A stretch of DNA of 64,000 bases, from positions 8,143 to 72,142 of the forward strand of contig DASYCJ010000055.1 of assembly GCA_036500225.1 (NCBI GenBank). Direction: 5' to 3'. Numbering within the stretch: the stretch's first letter is position 1; each line of letters begins with the position of its first letter. Position numbers and translations under genes: made by a program. Below the pieces are notes generated by a model. The model searched no databases and had not been told where the DNA came from. It saw nothing but the letters and a program-made list of their open reading frames with translations. The stretch comes from Gammaproteobacteria bacterium (GTDB taxonomy: Bacteria; Pseudomonadota; Gammaproteobacteria; Natronospirales; REEB76). Positions 36,654 through 45,999 of this stretch are shown here, one piece after another.

Positions 36654-37784
36654 ATGTCCGATAAATCTGCCCATTTCGAAACCACTTGCGTCCATGCCGG
36701 TCGCCATATCGATCCGGCCACCGGCGCCGTAGCACCGCCCATCCATCTCTCCACCACCTTCGAGCGTAAATCCGACTACGCGGCGGAAGGCTATATCTAT
36801 AGTCGCAGCGCCAATCCCAACCGCGAGCAACTGGAAACCTGTCTCGCGGCCCTGGAGGGAGGTACCTCTGCCATGGCCTTCGCCTCCGGCAGCGCAGCTG
36901 CCACCACGGTGTTCCAGGCACTCAAGCCCGGCGACCACGTGGTCTGCACCCGCGATGCTTATCACGGGGTGCTGCGCATCCTGCGCGAGATCATGAGCGG
37001 CTGGTCCCTGAAGGTGAGTTACGTGGACGCGAGTGATCTCGACGCGCTTGAGGCCGCGGTGACCAAGGACACGCGTCTCATCTGGATCGAGAGCCCCTCC
37101 AACCCGCTCTTGAAACTCACGGACATAGCCGCGGTGGCGGATATCGCCCGTAAGACGAATGCCTACTCGGTGTGTGACAGCACCTTCGCCACCCCGGCGC
37201 TGCAGCATCCCTTGAAGCTCGGCATGGACCTGGTGATGCACAGCGCCACCAAATATCTCGGCGGCCATAGCGACGTGGTGGGCGGCGCGTTAGTGGCGCG
37301 GGAGGACGGCCCGCTGGCGGAGCGCCTGCGCTTCCTGCAGGGCGCCGGCGGCGCCATCCCCTCGCCCTTCGATTGCTGGCTGCTGCTGCGGGGCACTGCC
37401 ACCCTCGACGTGCGGGTCCGGGCCCAGTGCGCCAATGCGCTCAAGATCGCCCGATACTTGGAGAAGCATCCCAAGGTTGAGCAAGTCTTCCACCCGGGCC
37501 TCGAATCCCACCCCCAGCACGCCCTAGCCAAGCGCCAGATGAGCGATTTCGGCGCCATGCTATCGTTCTGCGTCCGTGGCGGCGAAGCCGCTGCCAAACA
37601 GATGACCGGCAGGGTGAAACTTTTCACCCGTGCCACCAGTCTAGGAGGGGTGGAGAGCCTGATCGAGCACCGGGCCTCGGTGGAAGGCCCCGAGAGTCCC
37701 ACCCCCAAGAACCTGATACGCATCTCCGCCGGGCTGGAACATCCTGATGACCTGATGAACGATCTCGACCAGGCTCTCGCCTGA
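36654..37784 (+). CDS. PLP-dependent trans-sulfuration enzyme (cystathionine gamma-synthase / beta-lyase family)
   Basis: I moved the start to the ATG at 36654 (GAGGAA upstream). The PLP-lysine motif HSATKYLGGHSDVVGG and the C-terminal SLGGVESLIEH are present. Confidence 0.88.
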   Translation: MSDKSAHFETTCVHAGRHIDPATGAVAPPIHLSTTFERKSDYAAEGYIYSRSANPNREQLETCLAALEGGTSAMAFASGSAAATTVFQALKPGDHVVCTRDAYHGVLRILREIMSGWSLKVSYVDASDLDALEAAVTKDTRLIWIESPSNPLLKLTDIAAVADIARKTNAYSVCDSTFATPALQHPLKLGMDLVMHSATKYLGGHSDVVGGALVAREDGPLAERLRFLQGAGGAIPSPFDCWLLLRGTATLDVRVRAQCANALKIARYLEKHPKVEQVFHPGLESHPQHALAKRQMSDFGAMLSFCVRGGEAAAKQMTGRVKLFTRATSLGGVESLIEHRASVEGPESPTPKNLIRISAGLEHPDDLMNDLDQALA

Positions 37785-37811
37785 TAACGCCATCTCTAAA
37801 GGGAAAACGTC

Positions 37812-40280
37812 ATGTCGCATCGCACCCTCGCCTTCCTCGCCGGCGCCCTCGCGGCGCTGCCCGTCCTGGCCAGCGCGGCTCCGGCTGCGCCTGTTGCCAG
37901 CGGCGTCACTTTGGAACAAATCATGGCGGACCGGGACTGGCTCGGGAACCCGCCGGAGGCCGGGTACTGGAGCTATGACAGCAAGAGCGTGCTGTACCGG
38001 GTGAAGCGCGAGGGCAGTGCTCTCTATGACTTGTACCAGGCAGACGTGGCCGGCACCTCACCCCACAAGCTCGCAGACAGCGAACTCGCCAATGCTTCCG
38101 CGCCGGACGGTGGCTGGAACCGCGACCACAGCATGCATGTCTTCGTGAGCGACGATAACGTGTTCGTGCGCAGTGTGCTCGCCGGCCGTTTGCGCCAGCT
38201 CACCAAGTACAGGGGACATAAGGACTCGGCGTCCTTCATGGCCGACGGCAGTCATGTGCAGTGGCACGAGGACAACGACATCTATGTCTACGACCTGGAT
38301 TCAGGCGTGACCGCCGAAGCCGCGGATGTGCGCACCACGGAAGACCCGGACAAGGCGCCGGCTCCGCAGAACTACCTACAGGCGGAACAGCCGCGCCTGT
38401 TCGATGCCTTAAGCACCAAGGCAGCCAACAAGCAGGCCCGCGACCAGCAGAAGGCCGCGCAGCAGAGCGCGGATCCCAGCCGCGCACCGGCACCGTTCTA
38501 CCTCGGCAAGGGCGTGGACATCGCCGCCACGGCCCTGTCACCGGACGGACGCTGGCTCGCGGTGGTGACCCAGCCCAAGGCTTATGAGGCAGGTGAACCT
38601 GGCATCATGCCCAACTACATCACCGACAGTGGCTATGTGGAGACCAGCAAGGAACACACCTACGTCGGTCATAACCCACCGGCGGCTCAGCAGGTGAAGA
38701 TCCTGGACCTGCAGAACCATAGCTCGTTCGATCTGGATCTCACCCAGCTGCCCGGCATCAAGGACGACCCGCTCGCCAAGCAGCGCAAGGACGCGGTGGA
38801 ATGGGACGTGAAGCACGGCATGTCCAAGGCTGCCGCCGAAGACTCAGTGAAAGCGCCGGCCGTGCGTGAGGTCTCGGTGAACAATCTGGCCTTTAGCGAC
38901 GACGGCTCGGGCCTCGCGGTGCAGTTCATCGCCAACGACTTCAAGGACCGTTGGCTGGCCACGGTGGATTTCGGCAAGAAGTCCCTGGTCACCCAGGAGC
39001 GGTTGACCAACCAGGCCTGGGTCAACTGGACCTTCAATGACATGGGCTGGATGCACGATAGCCGCAGCCTCTGGTACCTGTCCGAGGCTGATGGCTGGTC
39101 GCAGTTGTACGTGAAGGATACGGGCTCCAAGAGCGCCAAACAGCTCACGAAGGGCCAGTTCGAGATTAACCCGAACCTATTCCTGACCCGCGACGACAAG
39201 TACTTCTACGTCAGCGCCAACAAGACCGCGCCCGGCACCTGGGAGATCTATCGCATCGACGCCGCCAATGGCGACATGCAGGCAGTCACCAACCTGGGCG
39301 GCATCAACGGCGCGCAGCCGGCCATGCACGACAACGAGAGCTTCACGCTCTCGCCGGACGAGAGCAAGTTGATGGTGTATCACAGCACCAGCAACCGGCC
39401 GCCGGAGATCTACGTGGTGGACGCGAGCCCCAACGGCAAGGCCACCCGCGTAACCTACACCGTGTCCAGCGCCTTCAGCAACGTGGATTGGGTACAGCCG
39501 CAGATCGTGCAGGTGCCCTCGACACACGGTGCGGCACACGGCATCTACGCACGCCTGTATCTGCCCAAGGACTACTCAGCCTCGAAGAGCTATCCGGCGA
39601 TCTTCTTCATACACGGTGCGGGCTACCTGCAGGACGCCCACAGCGGCTGGTCCTACTACTACCACGAGTTCATGTTCGCCACCTTCCTCACCCAGCACGG
39701 CTATCTGGTGATGGACATGGACTACCGCGGTTCGGCGGGTTACGGCCGCGACTGGCGTACCACCATCTACCGGCAGATGGGTCACCCGGAAGTGGAGGAC
39801 GTCACCGACGGCGCCCATTGGCTGGAGCAGAACTATCACGCTGACCCGAAGCGTCTTGGTGAGTGGGGTGGTTCCTACGGTGGCTTCATGACCTACATGA
39901 TGATGTTCCGCCAGCCAGATCTGTTCCAGGCCGGCGCGGCGTTGCGCCCGGTGGGCGATTGGGCCGACTACAACGACGGCTACACCGCCGCCATCCTCAA
40001 TCGCCCGGACGTGGATCCGCAGGCCTACTTCGACAGCTCGCCCATCAACTATGCGGGCCAGTTGAAGCATCACCTGCTGATCATGCAGGGCATGGAGGAT
40101 GACAACGTATTCTTCATCGACACGGTGCACATGACCCAGAAGCTCATCGAACTGCGTAATCCGAACTTCGACGTCATGTTCTATCCCGTGGAACACCATG
40201 ACTTCCACGATCCTGCCAGCTGGCTGGACGAATACCGCCGCATCTGGCGTGAATTCAACACCTACGTGGATCCACAATGA
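37812..40280 (+). CDS. secreted S9-family serine peptidase (DPP IV / prolyl oligopeptidase-like, N-terminal beta-propeller)
   Basis: Signal peptide. The C-terminal hydrolase domain has the nucleophile elbow GGSYGGFM, and later GMEDDNV and VEHHDF. Confidence 0.85.
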   Translation: MSHRTLAFLAGALAALPVLASAAPAAPVASGVTLEQIMADRDWLGNPPEAGYWSYDSKSVLYRVKREGSALYDLYQADVAGTSPHKLADSELANASAPDGGWNRDHSMHVFVSDDNVFVRSVLAGRLRQLTKYRGHKDSASFMADGSHVQWHEDNDIYVYDLDSGVTAEAADVRTTEDPDKAPAPQNYLQAEQPRLFDALSTKAANKQARDQQKAAQQSADPSRAPAPFYLGKGVDIAATALSPDGRWLAVVTQPKAYEAGEPGIMPNYITDSGYVETSKEHTYVGHNPPAAQQVKILDLQNHSSFDLDLTQLPGIKDDPLAKQRKDAVEWDVKHGMSKAAAEDSVKAPAVREVSVNNLAFSDDGSGLAVQFIANDFKDRWLATVDFGKKSLVTQERLTNQAWVNWTFNDMGWMHDSRSLWYLSEADGWSQLYVKDTGSKSAKQLTKGQFEINPNLFLTRDDKYFYVSANKTAPGTWEIYRIDAANGDMQAVTNLGGINGAQPAMHDNESFTLSPDESKLMVYHSTSNRPPEIYVVDASPNGKATRVTYTVSSAFSNVDWVQPQIVQVPSTHGAAHGIYARLYLPKDYSASKSYPAIFFIHGAGYLQDAHSGWSYYYHEFMFATFLTQHGYLVMDMDYRGSAGYGRDWRTTIYRQMGHPEVEDVTDGAHWLEQNYHADPKRLGEWGGSYGGFMTYMMMFRQPDLFQAGAALRPVGDWADYNDGYTAAILNRPDVDPQAYFDSSPINYAGQLKHHLLIMQGMEDDNVFFIDTVHMTQKLIELRNPNFDVMFYPVEHHDFHDPASWLDEYRRIWREFNTYVDPQ

Positions 40281-40307
40281 GTCAGTACAACTAGGTACTG
40301 CTAATAT

Positions 40308-40337
40308 GAACCCCGCCAACAGGCGGGGTTCGTTTTA
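40308..40337 (+). terminator. rho-independent terminator after the S9 peptidase gene, abutting the next start codon
   Basis: GAACCCCGCC-AACA-GGCGGGGTTC followed by GTTTTA. The final A is the first base of the ATG at 40337. Confidence 0.75.
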
Positions 40338-42490
40338 TGGCCACCAAGACTTTCACCAAGCCGGAAGACTGTGTCGAAGCCATCCTCGCCAAGGTGGGGC
40401 CACGGCTGGTGGTGGGCGCTCCGCTCGGTATCGGCAAGCCCAACCACCTCGTGAACGCGCTGTTCAGGCGCGTGGCCGCGGACCCCAAGCTCTCCATGCG
40501 TCTGGTCACCGCCCTGTCCCTGGAACGGCCCGTGGCCAAGAGCGATATCGAGAAGCGCTTCCTCGATCCCTTCGCTGCCCGGGTGTTCGGCGACTATCCG
40601 GAGCTGGAATACATGCAGGCCCTGCGGGAGCATCGGCTGCCGGCCAACGTCGAACTCTCGGAGTTCTACTTCAAGTCCGGCGCCATGCTGGGAGTGAAGT
40701 CGGCCCAGCAGAACTACATCAGCAGCAACTACACCCACGTGGCGCGGGACATGCTGTCGGCCGGGGCCAACGTGGTGTTGCAGGCGGTGGCCGTGCAGCC
40801 TGGGCCCCGCTACAGCCTCGCCTCCAATCCTGACGTGACACTCGACATCTATCCGGGCCTGCGTGCTGCCGAGAAGGCCGGCCGGCCTGTGGCTGTCGCC
40901 GGCATGGTGAACCGCAAGCTGCCCTACATGTTCGGCGGCGCCGAGGTGCCTTCGGACTTCTTCGATTTCATGGTGGACGACCCGGCTCTCGACCATACGC
41001 TCTTCTCCGTGCCCAACATGCCCATCGACCCGGCCGCCCACATGATCGGGCTGCACGCGAGCGCGCTGGTACGGGACGGCGGCACCATCCAGGTGGGCAT
41101 CGGTTCCCTGGGGGATGCCTGCATCCATGCCACACGCCTGCGACACGGGGATAACGCCGGATACCGTCGGGCTCTGGAACAGGCCGGTGTGCTGGAACGC
41201 TGCAAGGAGGTGATCGAAGCCGTGGGCGGTGCCGGCAGCTATCGCCAGGGCCTCTATGCCGGTAGCGAGATGTTCGGCGACGGCCTCCTGCAACTCTATG
41301 AAGCTGGCGTGCTGAAACGCCGGGTCTACGACCACAGGGGCCTGCAAAGCCTCCTGGAACTCGGTCGCATATCGGAACAGGTGAGCGAAGACACACTATT
41401 GGCCCTGAGAGAAGCCGATCTGATCGGTGCCAAACTCAGCGCTGAAGACGTGGCCTTCCTGAAACAGTTCGGCATCTTCCGGCCGGATGTGGGCTACTCA
41501 GACGGCGCACTCGCCCTGCCGGACGGTGGTCATGTGGCGGCAGATCTGGACGACCGTGCAGCTCTGAGACGCATCGCCGACACGGCCCTGGGCGCGAGCC
41601 TGCAGGGCGGCGTATTGGTCCACGGCGCGTTCTTCCTCGGTAGCCGCTGGTTCTACGAGACCCTGCATCGCATGCCTGAGCTTGAGCGACGCCAGTTCGC
41701 CATGGAAGCGGTTTCCATGGTCAACGAGCTCTTCAGCGACGTGGATCTGGAGAAGCTGCAGCACAAGCAGGCGCGCTTCATCAACATCTGCATGAAGGTG
41801 ACCTTGCTCGGGTCCACCGTCTCGGACTCTCTGGATGAAGGCCGCGTGGTGAGCGGCGTGGGCGGCCAGTACAACTTCGTGGCCATGGCGCATGCGCTGC
41901 GGCAAGCCCGCTCCATCCTGCTCCTACGCAGCACTCATAGGAGCCGTGGCAAGCTCGAATCCAACATCGTCTGGGAATATGCCCACTCTACCGTGCCACG
42001 ACATCTGCGTGACATGGTGGTGACGGAATACGGTATCGCTGACCTGCGCGGCAAGCGCGACTGGGAAGTGATCGCCGCCATGCTGAACCTGGCCGACTCG
42101 CGTTTCCAGCCTGGTCTCTTGGCCCGGGCCAAACGTGCCGGCAAGTTGCCGGACGACTACCAGATCCCCGAAGCTTTCCGGCACAACATCCCGGAAGCCG
42201 TGCGCCAGAGGCTCGCGCCCCTGCAAGCCGCAGGTCTGTTCCCGGAACTTCCCTTCGGTTCCGACTTCACGCCGGAAGAGCTCAAGCTCGGCAAGGCGCT
42301 GAAATATCTGCAGGCCAAGAGCGGCAGCCTCAGCGGCATGTTGAGCTTGGGACTCTCCATACTGCGTGCGCCGCGTCCGGAGACGGCTACCTGCTTGGCG
42401 CGCATGGATCTCGCCGCTCCGCGCGGCTTGAAGCAGGTGGCGCTGGCACGACTGGTGGCTGCTGCGCTGGTGGACAGCGGGGCCCTCTAG
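40337..42490 (+). CDS. acetyl-CoA hydrolase/transferase family protein (long form)
   Basis: 717 aa. The N-terminus (PEDCVEAILAKVGPRLVVGAPLGIGKPNHLVNAL) and the later GVGGQYNFV motif resemble the acetyl-CoA hydrolase/CoA-transferase fold. Confidence 0.6.
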   Translation: MATKTFTKPEDCVEAILAKVGPRLVVGAPLGIGKPNHLVNALFRRVAADPKLSMRLVTALSLERPVAKSDIEKRFLDPFAARVFGDYPELEYMQALREHRLPANVELSEFYFKSGAMLGVKSAQQNYISSNYTHVARDMLSAGANVVLQAVAVQPGPRYSLASNPDVTLDIYPGLRAAEKAGRPVAVAGMVNRKLPYMFGGAEVPSDFFDFMVDDPALDHTLFSVPNMPIDPAAHMIGLHASALVRDGGTIQVGIGSLGDACIHATRLRHGDNAGYRRALEQAGVLERCKEVIEAVGGAGSYRQGLYAGSEMFGDGLLQLYEAGVLKRRVYDHRGLQSLLELGRISEQVSEDTLLALREADLIGAKLSAEDVAFLKQFGIFRPDVGYSDGALALPDGGHVAADLDDRAALRRIADTALGASLQGGVLVHGAFFLGSRWFYETLHRMPELERRQFAMEAVSMVNELFSDVDLEKLQHKQARFINICMKVTLLGSTVSDSLDEGRVVSGVGGQYNFVAMAHALRQARSILLLRSTHRSRGKLESNIVWEYAHSTVPRHLRDMVVTEYGIADLRGKRDWEVIAAMLNLADSRFQPGLLARAKRAGKLPDDYQIPEAFRHNIPEAVRQRLAPLQAAGLFPELPFGSDFTPEELKLGKALKYLQAKSGSLSGMLSLGLSILRAPRPETATCLARMDLAAPRGLKQVALARLVAAALVDSGAL

Positions 42491-42494
42491 AGGC

Positions 42495-43196
42495 TCAACG
42501 GTTCAGGGCCCAACCGGTGATGGCATAGCGCGGTCGTGGTGCGGCATCGCTCACCTTGCTGACGAAGTGCCCCATGGGCACGCGGAACAGGGCCAGGGAG
42601 TTGAAGCGCGGCAGATAGCGCTCGCTGACCCGGCCCTCGGGGTCACTGAAATTCAGGGTGCCGCCCCAGTCCTCCTCCCAATCCCGCGTCAGGTTCAGCA
42701 CGTAGGCGATCTCGCGGTCAGTACCGCGTTGATCGTTGTGATACGTGAGGAAATGCCCGGGCAGGTAGCGCGTCGCCTGCGCATTGGCCTTGACCAGCGT
42801 GCGGCTGCCCGAGATGGCGCCCAGCAAGCCGATGAAGATACGCGTGTTCAGGAATTCGACGAAGCTATGCAGCAGCAAGCCCGGGTCGCGCCGTTCCCGG
42901 TATGCACTCACCATCATGTAGGTGCCATACAGGAAAGCGAAGCCCCGTCCCGCATCGCTCTCGGCGCGCTGGCGGATGCGGGCCAGGTCCCCGGGACCCC
43001 AGCTGCGCAGCGTCTCCGCCTGGGCGATGACAGGTTGTCCTTGCTCCATATACGTCAGCCCCCAGGGCACGGCTTGGTCGAGGCAGGTATGCAGAGCTTG
43101 AGCCGCATCCTGGGACAGGAAATCCGCGATGAGCACGCGGCCATCGCGGCGGAAGTCCGCGGCGGCACGCTCGACGTCCAGCTCCGGGTTCAGCAT
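42495..43196 (-). CDS. 2OG-Fe(II) oxygenase (prolyl-hydroxylase-like) family protein
   Basis: ATRYLPGHFLTYHNDQ (HxD) ... IAYVLNLTRDWEEDWGGTL ... PRFNSLALFRVPMGHFVSKV (distal His) ... RYAITGW. Confidence 0.7.
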   Translation of the reverse strand: MLNPELDVERAAADFRRDGRVLIADFLSQDAAQALHTCLDQAVPWGLTYMEQGQPVIAQAETLRSWGPGDLARIRQRAESDAGRGFAFLYGTYMMVSAYRERRDPGLLLHSFVEFLNTRIFIGLLGAISGSRTLVKANAQATRYLPGHFLTYHNDQRGTDREIAYVLNLTRDWEEDWGGTLNFSDPEGRVSERYLPRFNSLALFRVPMGHFVSKVSDAAPRPRYAITGWALNR

Positions 43197-43236
43197 CTCG
43201 AGACCATGCAGGCCGGACCCGCCATCACGGCCGGGT

Positions 43237-45864
43237 CTAAGCCAGACCGGTCCGGCGACGCCTGCGCAACCCCAGGAACAAGCCCAATAGCGGCAGCATC
43301 GGCAGCCAGAAGGCGCCCAGGAAGGAATGTCCGCCGCCGCTATCCCCCACCGGGTTCTTCTGCACGTTGATGGGGATGGTCGCGATGTTCGAGAGCTTGA
43401 CGCCGTCGCTCACCTGGAAGGACATGGTATCCAGGCCGGTGACTCCGGTATTGGCCTGATAGTTGAAGATCCCGGTAGTGGTCCCGTAACTCAGGGTGCC
43501 ATCCAGGGGCAGCGTAGTCACGACGTAGGTCAGGGTATCGCCGTCCACGTCGAGGGCCGGGAAGAAGCTGATAGCCGGTTGCCGGCCATCGGGTATCACC
43601 AGGGCCGTGGGCAGGGCGCGCGGCGCCTGATCCGCGGCCACCACGCCGTGGATCTCGGTCATCACGTTCACGTCGTCGCTGTCGCCGTTGACTACCGCCA
43701 GATCCGGCTGGCCGTCCTCATCGAAGTCGCCGATGGCGACGCCGCGCGGTCCGATCTCGGTCGCGTAGGGCGAACTCAGGAAGCCGCCTTTGCCGTTGCC
43801 GAGCATTACGCCCACCGCGCTGCTGCCGGAACAGCTCACCACCACGTCGGGATCGCTGTCCGCATTCAAGTCTGCCACCGTAATACTACGAGGGTTGGCG
43901 CAGGTAGGGAATGGGGACGGCACGGTGGCAAAGAAGCCCTTGCCGTTACCTGTCATCACTACCAGTTCGCTGTCGCTGGAATCAGCGATGAGTATGTCCA
44001 AGTGATGATTGTTGTTCACGTCCGCCAGGCTGACGCGCACGCCGACGGCGCCGTAGATGTCCACGCTGGTACCGCTGTGGTTTAGGGTCGGCGTGATCAA
44101 GCCTCCCTTATGGTCGTTCTTCAATACTGCGACGTTTCCGCCCACAGTTACCACATCGGGGAAACCGTCTTGTTCCACATCACCTACCGCCAGACCGTTT
44201 ATCTGGGTCGAGGAGGGATAACTGACGCGTGCCCGGAAGGTGCCGTCGCCGTTGCCGCGCAGGATACTGACGGTATTGACCACTGCGTTGGCCACCACCA
44301 GGTCTAGCTTGCCATCGTGGTCCATGTCGGCGATGCCGATATCCACGGCATTGGAGCCGGCTTCGAAGTCATGCGCCGCACCGAAACCGCCGAGGCCATC
44401 GCCGAGCAGCACGCTGACACTGTTGTCGCCGGAGTTGACGGTGACGGCGTCCAGGATACCGTCACCATTCAGGTCTGCCAGCAATACGCGTTGCGGGTTG
44501 GCGCCCACCTTGAAAGTCTGCTGTACCTGGAAAGTGCCGTCTCCATTGCCGAGACGCACGCTCAGGGTATTGTCCGCAGAATCGGTCTCCACCAAATCCA
44601 AATGACCGTCGCCGTTCAGATCCGCAGTCTGCACATCGCTGGGTGTATTGCCGGTGGTATAGGAGTTCTGCAGATGGAAATGACCGGTGCCGTCGTTGTA
44701 CAACAGCTGCATGAGACTGGCGTCCGCGTTGACGACCGCGATGTCCGGTTTGCCCGTACCTCTGAAGTCGGCGACCGTGAGACCCTGCACTTCCAGGGCG
44801 CCGGCGATGCCGTTGGCTGGATAGTCGACTCCGGAACCGAACCCCCCGTTGCTGTTACCGCGTAGCACCCGCACCGTGCCATTGGCGAGACTGCCGGCGA
44901 TCAGATCCTGCAAGCCGTCTCCGTCCACATCGGCCACGGCCAAGTAGGTGCTCTGCAAGCCGGTCTCAATGAAGTGCCCCGGTTTGAATCTTCCGTCGCC
45001 CAGGCCGGGGAGATATATCACCGAATCCCCATTCACATCGGTGGAGGTGGTGATCACGTCCTGCTTGCCGTCGCGATTGAAGTCGCCGACTACCATCATC
45101 TGTAACTGCGAGGTCGGGAGCTGGGGACCCAGTCGGGTGGTAGTCATGGCCTTGAAGGCTCCGCCCCCCGCGTTGAGTAGGACGCCGATGTTGTCGTCCA
45201 GGTTGTTGTTAACCAGGATGTCGGGCTTGCCATCGTTGTTCATGTCGGCGACGGCGACGAATATCGGGCCGACGCCCACTGGGACCACCTCTTCCGGCTT
45301 GAGGGTGCCATCGCCCCTGCCGATGAGCACGCTCAGGGTGTTGTCGTTGAAGTTGGCCGTGATCACGTCGGGCACGCCGTCTCCGTTCAGGTCAGCGATG
45401 GTAATCGCTACCGGATCCAGGCCCGTCGGGTAGGTCGGGACCGGCGTGCCGACGCTGTTGGCGGCCTGGTCGGCGGTCTGGGCCTTGAAGGTGCCGTCAC
45501 CAACACCTAACAACACACTGATGTTGTTATCGGTGCTGTCGACCACTACGATATCCACGTTGCCATCGCGGTTGAGGTCAGCCACCGCCAGCGCCTCAGG
45601 CTGGGTGCCAGCGACGTAATAGGCGATAGGGCTCTTGAAGGTACCGTCGCCGTTGTTGATGAGCACAGCGATGGTCTGATCGGTGCCGATCTCGACCAAG
45701 TCCAGCTTACCGTCCCCGTTGACGTCCGCATTCACCACTGCTGCGGGGCCGTTGAGCGTGGAGAAGAACTGGGTCGGATAGAGGCCCTTGGCGGACACGA
45801 CGCCGCAATAGGCGAGAGCCGCTAGCCCCAGGGCATAGCCGGGCAGGAGTCGTCTGCTGTGCAT
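43237..45864 (-). CDS. secreted FG-GAP/VCBS repeat protein (14 blades) with a cadherin-like domain and a GlyGly-CTERM-type sorting tail
   Basis: There are 14 D-x-(N/D)-x-D-G-x-x-D loops, some degenerate (DVNGDGKLD ... DFDEDGQPD). The C-terminus is DSGGGHSFLGAFWLPMLPLLGLFLGLRRRRRT. Confidence 0.85.
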   Translation of the reverse strand: MHSRRLLPGYALGLAALAYCGVVSAKGLYPTQFFSTLNGPAAVVNADVNGDGKLDLVEIGTDQTIAVLINNGDGTFKSPIAYYVAGTQPEALAVADLNRDGNVDIVVVDSTDNNISVLLGVGDGTFKAQTADQAANSVGTPVPTYPTGLDPVAITIADLNGDGVPDVITANFNDNTLSVLIGRGDGTLKPEEVVPVGVGPIFVAVADMNNDGKPDILVNNNLDDNIGVLLNAGGGAFKAMTTTRLGPQLPTSQLQMMVVGDFNRDGKQDVITTSTDVNGDSVIYLPGLGDGRFKPGHFIETGLQSTYLAVADVDGDGLQDLIAGSLANGTVRVLRGNSNGGFGSGVDYPANGIAGALEVQGLTVADFRGTGKPDIAVVNADASLMQLLYNDGTGHFHLQNSYTTGNTPSDVQTADLNGDGHLDLVETDSADNTLSVRLGNGDGTFQVQQTFKVGANPQRVLLADLNGDGILDAVTVNSGDNSVSVLLGDGLGGFGAAHDFEAGSNAVDIGIADMDHDGKLDLVVANAVVNTVSILRGNGDGTFRARVSYPSSTQINGLAVGDVEQDGFPDVVTVGGNVAVLKNDHKGGLITPTLNHSGTSVDIYGAVGVRVSLADVNNNHHLDILIADSSDSELVVMTGNGKGFFATVPSPFPTCANPRSITVADLNADSDPDVVVSCSGSSAVGVMLGNGKGGFLSSPYATEIGPRGVAIGDFDEDGQPDLAVVNGDSDDVNVMTEIHGVVAADQAPRALPTALVIPDGRQPAISFFPALDVDGDTLTYVVTTLPLDGTLSYGTTTGIFNYQANTGVTGLDTMSFQVSDGVKLSNIATIPINVQKNPVGDSGGGHSFLGAFWLPMLPLLGLFLGLRRRRRTGLA

Positions 45865-45941
45865 GCTGTTCCTCTAAAGACGAAGGGCCGGGTACCGAGG
45901 GGATCAACCCAGGAGAGCAGCGGCCGAGGGGTCCGGCCGCC

Positions 45942-45947
45942 ATTATA
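45942..45947 (-). promoter_or_regulatory. candidate -10 box (TATAAT on the minus strand) upstream of the FG-GAP gene
   Basis: Plus-strand ATTATA at 45942-45947 is a perfect TATAAT on the coding strand, about 78 nt upstream of the FG-GAP start. I found no convincing -35 element. Confidence 0.25.
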
Positions 45948-45999
45948 CCCATGAACCCACGCGCACCCCCGTAATACTGGGGGTGACGCGGCTGCGGGA

